Of a DNA stretch of 64,000 bases, positions 11,780 to 20,694 are shown piece after piece. This stretch comes from an uncultured bacterium. Its GTDB lineage: Bacteria > UBP14 > UBA6098 > B30-G16. The stretch lies in NCBI GenBank assembly GCA_965552135.1, contig CBEVQY010000007.1:1-64000 (forward strand), read 5' to 3'. The notes beneath the pieces were generated by a model. It saw only the letters and a program-made list of their open reading frames with translations. It made no database searches and was not told the origin of the DNA. Position 1 is the first letter of the stretch, and each line of letters opens with the position of its first letter. The position numbers were made by a program, and so were the translations under genes.

Positions 11780-12343
11780 TCAGAGCCCAAGTGCGAGGAC
11801 GAAGTTTTTGCTTTTGACGACGACGATCCCCGCCGCCGTGCCAATTGCGGCGCCGGCGAGGACGTCGGATGGGTAGTGCTCGCCCAGATACACCCTCGAA
11901 AGCGCCACCGAGACGGCAAAGATATACAGCGGCACCCGCAGCTTCGGGTACTGCGAGCCGTAGACGTATGCCGCGGCGAATGCAGCCGTTGCGTGTCCCG
12001 ACGGGAAGGACGAGCGGCACCGCGGAAGTTTTTGACCCTCCGGTCGCTCGCGACCGACGGCGCACTTCAAAAGCTGTGTCGTAAGCATTCCAACTCCGAG
12101 GGCGGCGCTTGCGAGCTTTGCGCTCTGGCGCATCCTCTCGTCGCCGAAGCAGGCGAGCGCGAGGTTTGCCGCAAGGTGGCACTCCGTTCCGCCGGCGAAC
12201 GATGCGGCGGAGAAGTAAGCGTCGGCGAGGTCGCACCGAAGCCCGTCGCGGACGGCAGAGTAGAGCGATTCATCAAGCTCCTGCAGCGACCCCGCACTCA
12301 GGGAGGCGAACAAAACGACCAACGCTTTGAGCGACTGGCGCAT
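11780..12343 (-). CDS. PAP2-family phosphatase
   Basis: K..VGRERP, SFPSGH, SRVYLGEHYPSDVLAG. Start MRQSLKALVV. Confidence 0.92.
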   Translation of the reverse strand: MRQSLKALVVLFASLSAGSLQELDESLYSAVRDGLRCDLADAYFSAASFAGGTECHLAANLALACFGDERMRQSAKLASAALGVGMLTTQLLKCAVGRERPEGQKLPRCRSSFPSGHATAAFAAAYVYGSQYPKLRVPLYIFAVSVALSRVYLGEHYPSDVLAGAAIGTAAGIVVVKSKNFVLALGL

Positions 12344-12345
12344 GG

Positions 12346-14655
12346 CTACCTTACGATGAGTATCTTGCCCTTTGCCACGCCCTCTTTCGACGGCGCCGCA
12401 ACGACGTAAACCCCCGATGCCACGGGCTTGCCGTCGTCGTTTCTGCCGTCCCACGAAACAAAGCCGCTGTGCCCCTTCCACCAGTGCGGGATCTCCCTCA
12501 CCAAATTTCCCGCCGCGTCGTATATGAGTGCGGGTGCATCTGCGGGCAGGTTGCCGATGTAGATCGTCGGCAGAATCCCCCGCGCCGCGACGGCAGGGTT
12601 TGGGTAGATCTCGAGCTCGGGCAGCGCGGCTTGCGCGGAGTATGGGGAGTGCAGCACCACGAGCGCACCGTCGAAGGCAAACCAGATGTCTCCGCTCTTC
12701 CCGTCGGTGAAGACGCCGCCGAGTGTGGCGTAGGACTTGGCGCCAACGGCGTCGTCGAGGAGGGCGGTTCTGTCCTGCGGCGGCGCGTCGTCCGAAAAGG
12801 TCGATTTGAACGTCGAGAAGTATCCGTCGGGCATGTAGAGTGCTGCCCCGTCGGAGGTGCCGATCCACACGTTGCCCGACGAGTCGGAAGCCAGCGACAA
12901 AACCATAGCCGAAAGATCCCCGGGCATTGGCACGTCGACGACGTAACCCGTCTTCGGGTCGAAGTAGGCGAGCCCGTCGGTCGTTCCGAACCAAACCCTG
13001 CCCGCCGTGTCGACGGCGACGGCGTTGACCTCGTTGTTGGGAAGGAGGTTCCGCAGGTTGTAGTATTCGTCGTCGGAGGGGTCTTCGATGGTGCCTTTGT
13101 GCACGATGACAGCTCCGCCGGCGTTGGTTGCCACGCCAACCACTTCGGCGCCGCAGGCGATGTCGTTGACGCTTGCGCCGGGGAGACCCTCCGAAAAGCC
13201 TATGGAGCCGTAGGGGCAGTTCAGGCTTTCGGCAAGCCAAACCTTGACGGGAAGCTCGTCCTGGGTCTCGTAGCACGCCATCCACAGGTTCCCGAAGGGG
13301 TCGACCTCGAGGTCCGTCACGGCGACGAAGTTGTCGAGGCTGGGGACGGATGTAAAAAGGTCGCTGTTTGTGGCGTCCCAAACCTCGACGCCGCCGTCGG
13401 GAAGGAGCCGCAGAACGCCGTTACCGTACGACGCAAGCCAAACCGTGCCGTCGCCCGTTACGGCTGTTGCCGTCGCAACCGCAGCAATGTTGCCAAAACG
13501 CGCCGAAAGACTGTCGCTTATGCTCCCCGAAAGGATGAACCTGTCGTACTGGCGCCATCTCTCCCCGTCCCATATGCTTACGCCGAAGCCGCTTGTTGCC
13601 GCAACGACCTCGCCGCCCGGACCAAAGGCAACGTCGACGAAGTTCTCGCCCAGAGGGGCGTTGTAGAGCGTGTTGTGGATGGATCCGTCCCGAATCTTTC
13701 CGTAGCCGTAGCCCGTGGCGCAAAGCTTTTTGCCGCCGGCGTCGACTACGGCATATACCGGGTAGTTCGGCGCATCCGACGGGATCCCTATGCAGCAGTC
13801 GCAGGTGGGGTCGTAGTAGCACAGTCCGTAGTAGTGCATGACCCAAAGCGTATCGTCCGCCGCCTCGATGTCCCAAGGCATGTAGAGGGACGTCGTTGGT
13901 GCTCTGGGCTGCATGTTGCCGTCGGCGAGGGCAAAGATGGACGGGAGGTTAGGCGAGAACTCCGCAAGCGCCCAGAGTGTGTCGCGCCAGGCTGCGAGGG
14001 CACAGACGCCGCGGACAGAACTCGTCGTCCCCGAAGAGTCGACCGCAGTCGCGTATATCCCAACGGTGTCCCAGCTTTCCGGCGAAAGCAGGTTCGAGGA
14101 TGTGGGGGCATAAGCCACGCCATAGGGCGTTGCGACGAAGATGGTGTCGTGCAGGAAGCATACGTCGCGCGCCTCGGTCTGCGCGGGAAGATCACCCATC
14201 CGCTCCACGAAGTCGTTGAAGAGGACGACCGAGAAGGTTTTTGGCACAGGCGTTGCTCTGACGAGCCCCGTCGACGTGCATATCCAGAGGTTGCCGCGCC
14301 AGAAGGTCATTTTGTTTATCTGCCTGTAGCTTTTCGCGAGGACGTCGGAGCTTTTGAACCTTCCGTCCACGAGTGCTCCGACGTAGCCGTTTTGCGCCGC
14401 GTACCACACAAATCCGCTGTCGTCGGCGACAACGCTTACAACGCAAAGCCCACCAAGCCCGTCTATGTTCGTGTAGACGCGGTATTCTTCGGTTTCGGGG
14501 TTGATCTGCACGACGCCGCCGCGCGTGCCGAACCAGACGAACCCGCCCGCGTAGATCCCACAAAGACCCTCCTGGATATCGCTCCAGACGTCCCAGTGAC
14601 CGACTATCCCAGCCGCTGCCGATGCGAGAAGGGCGATTGGCAGGAGAGACCTCAT
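12346..14655 (-). CDS. PorZ-like double beta-propeller protein with T9SS C-terminal domain
   Basis: Signal peptide, about 770 aa, Reg_prop repeats (D..G.VW.GT..G), C-terminal IYPNP...IYDAAGNLVR...WDGRNDDGKPVASGVY...KILIVR. Confidence 0.7.
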   Translation of the reverse strand: MRSLLPIALLASAAAGIVGHWDVWSDIQEGLCGIYAGGFVWFGTRGGVVQINPETEEYRVYTNIDGLGGLCVVSVVADDSGFVWYAAQNGYVGALVDGRFKSSDVLAKSYRQINKMTFWRGNLWICTSTGLVRATPVPKTFSVVLFNDFVERMGDLPAQTEARDVCFLHDTIFVATPYGVAYAPTSSNLLSPESWDTVGIYATAVDSSGTTSSVRGVCALAAWRDTLWALAEFSPNLPSIFALADGNMQPRAPTTSLYMPWDIEAADDTLWVMHYYGLCYYDPTCDCCIGIPSDAPNYPVYAVVDAGGKKLCATGYGYGKIRDGSIHNTLYNAPLGENFVDVAFGPGGEVVAATSGFGVSIWDGERWRQYDRFILSGSISDSLSARFGNIAAVATATAVTGDGTVWLASYGNGVLRLLPDGGVEVWDATNSDLFTSVPSLDNFVAVTDLEVDPFGNLWMACYETQDELPVKVWLAESLNCPYGSIGFSEGLPGASVNDIACGAEVVGVATNAGGAVIVHKGTIEDPSDDEYYNLRNLLPNNEVNAVAVDTAGRVWFGTTDGLAYFDPKTGYVVDVPMPGDLSAMVLSLASDSSGNVWIGTSDGAALYMPDGYFSTFKSTFSDDAPPQDRTALLDDAVGAKSYATLGGVFTDGKSGDIWFAFDGALVVLHSPYSAQAALPELEIYPNPAVAARGILPTIYIGNLPADAPALIYDAAGNLVREIPHWWKGHSGFVSWDGRNDDGKPVASGVYVVAAPSKEGVAKGKILIVR

Positions 14656-14678
14656 CGCAAAACCCCACGGCAAAGCGG

Positions 14679-15311
14679 TCAGATGCCGCGCCTCTGGGCG
14701 ATGATATCCTTGACCTTCATAAGTCTTGTGAGGTTTCCGCGCTCAAGCTCCTCAAGCTTCATCCTGATGTAGCGGATCGTCTCCAAAAGGTCGGGTATCA
14801 TCACGTACTCGAGTGCGTTGACCCTGCGCCTCGTGACGTCTATCTCCTTAGCCAAAAGCTCGAGCTTTTTTTCGGTTTCGGCAAGCTTCACAAGGAGCTT
14901 GAGCGCTTCTGCCATATCCTCCATTGCGCCGTCGAGCTCCAGGGGCGTTTGCGCCACCGAGTACGATATCCCCTCGCCCCTGAAGCTTACCTCGAACTGC
15001 GGCACGCGCAGGTTGAGAAGTCGCGCGGTCTTCACGCTTATGACCGCCTCGAGGGGCGGCACGACGAAAAGTCCCTCAAGCTCCTGCGGCGTCAGCGCAC
15101 CAGCGGCGAGGGTGAATCGCCTGAGCGCACAAAGGAGCGCGTCCTCGGTCCTCCTGCGCAGACCGCGGATTTCGTCCACGATCTCCAAAAAGCTTCGCAT
15201 AAGCTCGTCCTGCTTGTCCTTGAGGAGCTTGTGCCCACGCCGCGCAATGACGAGCCTGCGCCTGAGGGACATAAGGTTCATCCTGTTCGCGCTTACGGGA
15301 AGAAGCGCCAT
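14679..15311 (-). CDS. atpD: V/A-type ATP synthase subunit D
   Basis: ARRGHKLLKDKQDEL, EIDVTRRRVNALEYVMIP, LEELERGNLTRLMKVK. Confidence 0.95.
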   Translation of the reverse strand: MALLPVSANRMNLMSLRRRLVIARRGHKLLKDKQDELMRSFLEIVDEIRGLRRRTEDALLCALRRFTLAAGALTPQELEGLFVVPPLEAVISVKTARLLNLRVPQFEVSFRGEGISYSVAQTPLELDGAMEDMAEALKLLVKLAETEKKLELLAKEIDVTRRRVNALEYVMIPDLLETIRYIRMKLEELERGNLTRLMKVKDIIAQRRGI

Positions 15312-15335
15312 CGCACCCCCCCTCTCTGCCCCATC

Positions 15336-15364
15336 ATTCTAAATCGTCCCAGCCTGGGACGCAA
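15336..15364 (-). promoter_or_regulatory. sigma70-like promoter of V-ATPase D gene
   Basis: - strand TTGCGT-N17-TAGAAT. Confidence 0.55.
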
Positions 15365-15438
15365 GCCAATTTTCAACTTGACGCTTGGGTAACGTTTTTT
15401 GAATTTATAGTAAAGGCGAAAAGCAGGGGGGTAGGACG

Positions 15439-17553
15439 GTGAGAAGAGTTTTTGCGCTCGTTTTGGCGTTTTCGCTGTGTCTGGTCTTTGCCGATGTTCC
15501 CCATCTTATCTCCTACCAGGGGCGTTTGACGGACGGGTCCGGTCATCCCCTCACCGGGACCCACACCGTCACCTTTCGGCTGTATAACGCACCCACGGGC
15601 GGCACCGCCCTCTGGACCGAGACACACACGGTGACGCTAAACAGCGAGGGTCTTTTCAGCGTGTTGTTGGGTCGCATCACGGCGTTTCCGCCGTCGCTCG
15701 ATTTCTCCGAGTCGTATTGGCTTGGCATCTCCATTGACGGCGGGTCGGAGATCTGCAGGTACAGGCTCGGCGCAAGCCCCTATGCCCTCAACATCGCCGA
15801 CACGCTCATCCAGCCCGGGGGATACCTCCTTTCGGACGGCAGTTACAAGGCTGGTCTTGCCGTAAGTGGTCTTTCGGTGGAAAGCGGCGAAGCCCTTTTC
15901 CCCACGCGCGATGCCGCCGCAGTTTATGCCTACTCGCCCTCTGCGCCTTTGGGCGCGGAGGTGGGGGTCTACGCCCGCTCCGAGGCGTGGGAGGGCGTTA
16001 TAGGCTACAGCGAGGGCGACGACGGCGTTCAGGGCGTCACCACAAGCGGCGGCTACGCTGGGGTTTCGGGCATAAACACAAGCTTGGGCGTTAGGGGATA
16101 TTTGGCTTACGGTGGCTACGGTCTTTACACCGACGACAACGCCCACGTCGGCGACTACATCGACTTCAAGCTGTTGAGCCTGGCTCCCGCGGCGAGCGAG
16201 GGCAGACTGTACTACAACGGCAGCGACCACACCCTCTACCTCTACGACGGCAGCTCCTGGGTTGATCTTTCCGCTGGCGGCGGTGGTGCGACCCCGGGCG
16301 GGAGCGATGGTCAGATCCAGTACAACGACGGCGGCACCTTCGGCGGCGCAAGCGAGCTCTACTACGACGACGCCGACGGCAAGCTGGGGATAAACACGAC
16401 AAACCCCTCCGCGAGGCTGCACATAGTCGACGATGTCACCTCCTGGAACGACGGCATAAAAATTCAGGACGTTGGCTACGACGGTCTTCAGATCGACACG
16501 ACGTACGACAACGGGATTGAGATCAACGATGCGGGCAACGACGGCGTGGAGATCAACGATGCCGGCGCGGCGGGTGTTAGGGTTGTGGAGTCGGGTTCAT
16601 ACGGCTTTTACGCTGGCTCCTGCGGCGACGTCGGATTTTACGCGGATAACCCATCGAACGCGGGCTTTGAGGTTTTTGCTGGCTCTGCCACCGGCTGCGG
16701 GCTGCGCATATGGGGCAGCGCAAACAAGCCCGACACAGGCGTTGTGATTCGGAACTTCAGTCAGTACGGTATATTCGTCGTTGGTGGCTCGGGCGCCTGC
16801 GGGGTTAAGGTTGTGACCGACACGCTCGTTGGCACGGGGCTTGCCATCACGTTCGACCCCTCGGGAAGCGGCGTCGCGGCAGATACCGGTCTTGTGGTGG
16901 ACAGGGCGCGGTATATGGGCATCGCCGTCACAACCGATAGTGTATACCTGGCCGACGGCGTGAGGGTGTTTTTCGCCCGCGACGACGGAGTGCAGGTCGA
17001 TACAGCCGCGTGGCACGGCGTGTACGTCAGAGATACACACTACGACGGCGTCCACGTCTACAACTCGGGCGACGACGGCGTGGACGTCGTCTCGCCGGGG
17101 GGAGATTGCTTCGTCTGCGACGGCACGCCCCACCTCTTCAGAGTGTCGGGAAGCTGCGAGGTCTACTCCCATTCCTACAACCAATACATCGTCGATGACC
17201 GTGGCGTTGGCTATGCGGCGCCGATCTCTGTCACAACCCGGATGTGGCTCGAGCACATAGGCGAAGGCAAACTCGAGGGGGGCGTGTGCAGGGTGGACCT
17301 GCCGAGGGAGTTTCTGGAGAGCGTCACAATAGATTCCCAAAACCCCATGCAGGTGTTCGTCACGCCGTACGGCGATGCGGGAAACTTCTGGGTGGAGCGT
17401 GGGGATAGCTACTTCGTTCTGCACGCCGCCGCAGACGTCGAGTTCGCCTATCGGGTTTTGGCGAGGGTAAAGGGATTCGAGGGCGCCGGGATGGAGCCCG
17501 TCGACCTGAGGGAGCTTAGGGACAAGGAGGCGAGGAAGCCCGAGGAGCGCTGA
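15439..17553 (+). CDS. Secreted tail-fibre-like protein (YQGRLTD N-domain, beta-helix repeats)
   Basis: Signal peptide; VPHLISYQGRLTD...FRLYNAPTGGTALWTETH; GKLGINTTNPSARLHI; 10-aa DG(I/V)x repeats; C-terminal GEGKLEGG...VFVTPYG domain. Confidence 0.65.
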   Translation: MRRVFALVLAFSLCLVFADVPHLISYQGRLTDGSGHPLTGTHTVTFRLYNAPTGGTALWTETHTVTLNSEGLFSVLLGRITAFPPSLDFSESYWLGISIDGGSEICRYRLGASPYALNIADTLIQPGGYLLSDGSYKAGLAVSGLSVESGEALFPTRDAAAVYAYSPSAPLGAEVGVYARSEAWEGVIGYSEGDDGVQGVTTSGGYAGVSGINTSLGVRGYLAYGGYGLYTDDNAHVGDYIDFKLLSLAPAASEGRLYYNGSDHTLYLYDGSSWVDLSAGGGGATPGGSDGQIQYNDGGTFGGASELYYDDADGKLGINTTNPSARLHIVDDVTSWNDGIKIQDVGYDGLQIDTTYDNGIEINDAGNDGVEINDAGAAGVRVVESGSYGFYAGSCGDVGFYADNPSNAGFEVFAGSATGCGLRIWGSANKPDTGVVIRNFSQYGIFVVGGSGACGVKVVTDTLVGTGLAITFDPSGSGVAADTGLVVDRARYMGIAVTTDSVYLADGVRVFFARDDGVQVDTAAWHGVYVRDTHYDGVHVYNSGDDGVDVVSPGGDCFVCDGTPHLFRVSGSCEVYSHSYNQYIVDDRGVGYAAPISVTTRMWLEHIGEGKLEGGVCRVDLPREFLESVTIDSQNPMQVFVTPYGDAGNFWVERGDSYFVLHAAADVEFAYRVLARVKGFEGAGMEPVDLRELRDKEARKPEER

Positions 17554-17557
17554 GGCT

Positions 17558-17833
17558 TCAGCGCTCCCTGCCCTCATCTATGGCGCCGAAGAGGACGTTT
17601 ACCGAAGGGGGTCTTACCGTCGGCGTCTTTACATCCTCGACCCTTACGCCGAGGTACCTCGCAAGCTCCCTGCGCACAAGCGGAATGCACGTGCGACCCT
17701 GACACGGTCCCATCCCAACGCGCAGAAACCTCTTTAGCTCCTCGAAGTCGGTGTATCCGTCCTCTATTGCGGCGCGGATCTCGGCGAGGGTCAGATCCTC
17801 GCAGCGGCAGATTATGACTTCATCCTCCTTCAT
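17558..17833 (-). CDS. BFD-like [2Fe-2S]-binding protein
   Basis: IICRCEDLT...ELKRFLRVGMGPCQGRTC...TVRPP. Confidence 0.9.
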   Translation of the reverse strand: MKEDEVIICRCEDLTLAEIRAAIEDGYTDFEELKRFLRVGMGPCQGRTCIPLVRRELARYLGVRVEDVKTPTVRPPSVNVLFGAIDEGRER

Positions 17834-18869
17834 CGCTGCCTCCCTGCTTTGGGACGAACCCGATCTCCTCTGCGAACTCGAACTGCCTTCGCCACGGCGC
17901 CTGCGGGTGCGCATCGTCGAAGGGCTTTGAGCCCACAAGCCTTATCGATTCGATGTCGAGCTCGACGGGGTGATACCCGCCTAAAAAGCCAACGTCTTCG
18001 GCTATCGGTTTGTTTTCGCCGGGCAGGCAGTCGCAGTCGGAGTATATCTTGACGAGGGCGTTTACGAGGACCGTTCTCCCCGCAAGCCTCCTCCACAGCG
18101 CGGCGGCGGTCTCGACGAGCCTCTCCTGGAAGATGCGCCTGTCCGTTTGCCAGAAAACCCGAAGCGCACCCTGAGGACACAGGGCTATGCACTGAGCGCA
18201 GCCTATGCATGCCGAAAGGTCGTAGCGGGGGTATCCGTCGCCTCCCATTTGTGCTGCGCCCGTTGGGCAGACCTCGATGCATGTTCCGCAGCGGCTGCAC
18301 CTTTCGCGGTCAAGCTCGGGATGTGCGTCGGCGTGCATGCGCTGCTTGTGCGCCCTCGAGGAAAAACCCATCGAAATGTTCTTTATAGCTCCGCCAAAGC
18401 CCGCGGCAAGATGACCCTTGAAGTGGGAGAATATCACGAACCCATCGAGTTCGTCGATTATCGCGGCTGCCTCGACCTTCTCGAAGTGCTTTATCCCGCA
18501 GGGGAGCTCGGTTGTGTTTCGTCCGTCAGGTCCGTCGGCGACGACGACGGGGCATCCGAGGTTCTGGGGCGAGTATCCGTGCTCGTATGCGACCTCAAGG
18601 GCGCCCTTGCTGCTTCTCCGCGCGCCGCGGTAGAGGACGGTCGTGTCGAAGACAACAGGCTCGCAGCCCAATCCCCTCACCCAGTCGACCACCTCGCGCG
18701 CAAGCTCCCACGGAAGGTACGATATGTTCCCCCGCTCGCCCCAGTGGAGCTTTATCCCGACCTTTGCGCTTGGGGCGAATGGCGCCCGAAGCCCGCTCAG
18801 AAGCTCGCGCAGCGCTCCCCTCTGAACATCAAGCGAACCCCCAGCCCCCTCAAAGACAACATCACCCAT
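17820..18869 (-). CDS. DUF362-family Fe-S protein with 2x[4Fe-4S] ferredoxin domain
   Basis: KLHWGERGN, DTTVLYRGAR, SHFKGH..AGFGGAIKNISMG, CSRCGTCIEVCP, CIGCAQCIALCP, CDC. Confidence 0.9.
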   Translation of the reverse strand: MGDVVFEGAGGSLDVQRGALRELLSGLRAPFAPSAKVGIKLHWGERGNISYLPWELAREVVDWVRGLGCEPVVFDTTVLYRGARRSSKGALEVAYEHGYSPQNLGCPVVVADGPDGRNTTELPCGIKHFEKVEAAAIIDELDGFVIFSHFKGHLAAGFGGAIKNISMGFSSRAHKQRMHADAHPELDRERCSRCGTCIEVCPTGAAQMGGDGYPRYDLSACIGCAQCIALCPQGALRVFWQTDRRIFQERLVETAAALWRRLAGRTVLVNALVKIYSDCDCLPGENKPIAEDVGFLGGYHPVELDIESIRLVGSKPFDDAHPQAPWRRQFEFAEEIGFVPKQGGSDEGG

Positions 18870-18983
18870 AGCAGTTGAAAATACCTGCATGCCCTTTGGC
18901 GGGCAAGACAAAACCATTTCCCTTGACCGAGACGCCAGGCGCATTATTTTTGAGAAAGGCAGGACCAGACGAGGTGAGAGCGT

Positions 18984-20117
18984 ATGAAGCTGCAGGAGTA
19001 TCAGGCGAAGGAGCTTTTGAGCCGTTATGATGACGCCGTTCAGCTCGGCAGGGTTGCCACAACGCCCGATGAGGCGGAGGCATACGCGAGGGAGATCGGC
19101 TGTCCCGTTGTGGTTAAGGCGCAGGTTTTGGTTGGCGGTCGTGGCAAAGCCGGAGGGATAAAGCTTGCCAAAACCCCCCAGGAGGCGCGCCAGAGGGCAG
19201 AAGAGATCCTCGGGATGGAGATCAAAGGGCTTGTGGTGAAGAAGGTTTTGGTGGTGAAGGCGGTCGACATAGAGAGCGAAGCCTATATGGGTCTTATCCT
19301 CGACAGGCGCTCGAAGCGGGTGGTGATGATGGTATCTCCCGAGGGCGGAGTCGACATCGAGGAGGTCGCCAAAAGGACCCCCGAAAAGATCTTCAAAGCC
19401 TACATCGACCCGTTCATAGGTCTTCGGGACTACACGGCGCGCTATCTTGTGGAGCGCCTTTACGATGACCCCGAGCTTGTGAAGAAGGGCATCCAGAAGG
19501 CGAAAAACCTCTATCGCGCCTTCGTCGAGCTTGGCGCACAGCTTGTGGAGATAAACCCGCTTGTGATAACGAAGCAGGGGGAGATGGTTTTCGTCGACGC
19601 CAAGATAATAATCGACGACAACGAGTTTGTGCGGCATCCGGAGTACGAGAGCTGGCGCGATCCCGACGAGTACTCCCGCGAGGAGCTCGAGGCGAAGGAG
19701 GCGGGTCTTTCGTTCGTGAAGCTTACGGGCAACATAGGCTGTGTCGTCAACGGGGCTGGGCTTGCCATGGCGACGATGGACCTCATAAAGCACTACGGCG
19801 GCGAGCCAGCAAACTTCCTCGACGTGGGCGGCTCCTCCAACCCGCAGAAGGTTGTGAAGGCTTTGGACATCATAACCCGCGACCCCAACGTGAAGGTCAT
19901 CATGTTCAACATCTTCGGCGGGATAACGAGGTGCAACGACATCGCGGACGGTCTTGTGCAGGCTTTGGAGCAGTTTAAGCCGAAGGTCCCCATAATTGCG
20001 CGACTGACAGGAACCAACGAGGAGGAGGGAAGGAGGATCCTCGCCGAGGCGAACATTCCCGTCTTCTCGTCCATGGATGAGGTCGTAAAGGAGGCCGTTA
20101 GGCTTGGGTCGCAGTAA
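18984..20117 (+). CDS. sucC: ADP-forming succinate--CoA ligase beta subunit
   Basis: MKLQEYQAKELL, KAQVLVGGRGKAGG, EINPL, NGAGLAMATMD, ANFLDVGG, NIFGGITRC. Confidence 0.97.
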   Translation: MKLQEYQAKELLSRYDDAVQLGRVATTPDEAEAYAREIGCPVVVKAQVLVGGRGKAGGIKLAKTPQEARQRAEEILGMEIKGLVVKKVLVVKAVDIESEAYMGLILDRRSKRVVMMVSPEGGVDIEEVAKRTPEKIFKAYIDPFIGLRDYTARYLVERLYDDPELVKKGIQKAKNLYRAFVELGAQLVEINPLVITKQGEMVFVDAKIIIDDNEFVRHPEYESWRDPDEYSREELEAKEAGLSFVKLTGNIGCVVNGAGLAMATMDLIKHYGGEPANFLDVGGSSNPQKVVKALDIITRDPNVKVIMFNIFGGITRCNDIADGLVQALEQFKPKVPIIARLTGTNEEEGRRILAEANIPVFSSMDEVVKEAVRLGSQ

Positions 20118-20132
20118 ACCCGAAGGTTCAAC

Positions 20133-20564
20133 ATGCCCGAGGACGTAAGGCGAGAGAAGTTCGAGCGCCTAAAACTTCTTCTTTCCGAAACGGGTCTCCA
20201 TTTCTTCGCCGACTCCGACAAGCTTATATGTCTTCTTCGCTTCGGCGATCTCGACAACACCGACTTCGACACGATCTTCGTCACCCTTCAGGGCGGCGAC
20301 AGCGACATCATCGTGGCAACGCTGACCATCCTCGACGGCGAAAAGGGCTACGTCTACACCCCCGAGGTCTGGAAGGAGTGCATGCGCTTCAACAAGCATG
20401 TGGGGCTTTTGAAGGCGCAGTACGACGAGCGCTACAACGATATCGACGTAAGCTACGAGACCTGGCTTGCCACTCTGCCCGAAAACCTCGCTTTGGGGAT
20501 AAGGATGCTTGCCGCCGAGGGGAACCAGCTCGCCAAAAGGCTCAAGGCGCTCCTTGCGAAGTAG
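20133..20564 (+). CDS. Hypothetical protein, possible YbjN-like fold
   Basis: 143-aa ORF with host-like codon use following sucC. Fold call is by eye only. Confidence 0.5.
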   Translation: MPEDVRREKFERLKLLLSETGLHFFADSDKLICLLRFGDLDNTDFDTIFVTLQGGDSDIIVATLTILDGEKGYVYTPEVWKECMRFNKHVGLLKAQYDERYNDIDVSYETWLATLPENLALGIRMLAAEGNQLAKRLKALLAK

Positions 20565-20694
20565 GGGTTTGTTTGGGGCGTTGGTGCGACCGAAGGGGTT
20601 TGGTCGGTCGGGGCGCTTTGGTCCGGCGGTTGACCGCGGTTCGTGTGGGGGCGGAGCTTGACGCAGTTTGCGCAGTCGAAGGACCCCCGGGTGG

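Noticed and set aside
11611..11780. CIRCE/HrcA operator upstream of hsp20-dnaK
   Set aside because: TTAGCACTC-N9-GAGTGCTAA not present
20565..20694. G/T-skewed intergenic stretch as an ncRNA
   Set aside because: Only short imperfect stems and no family motif recognised
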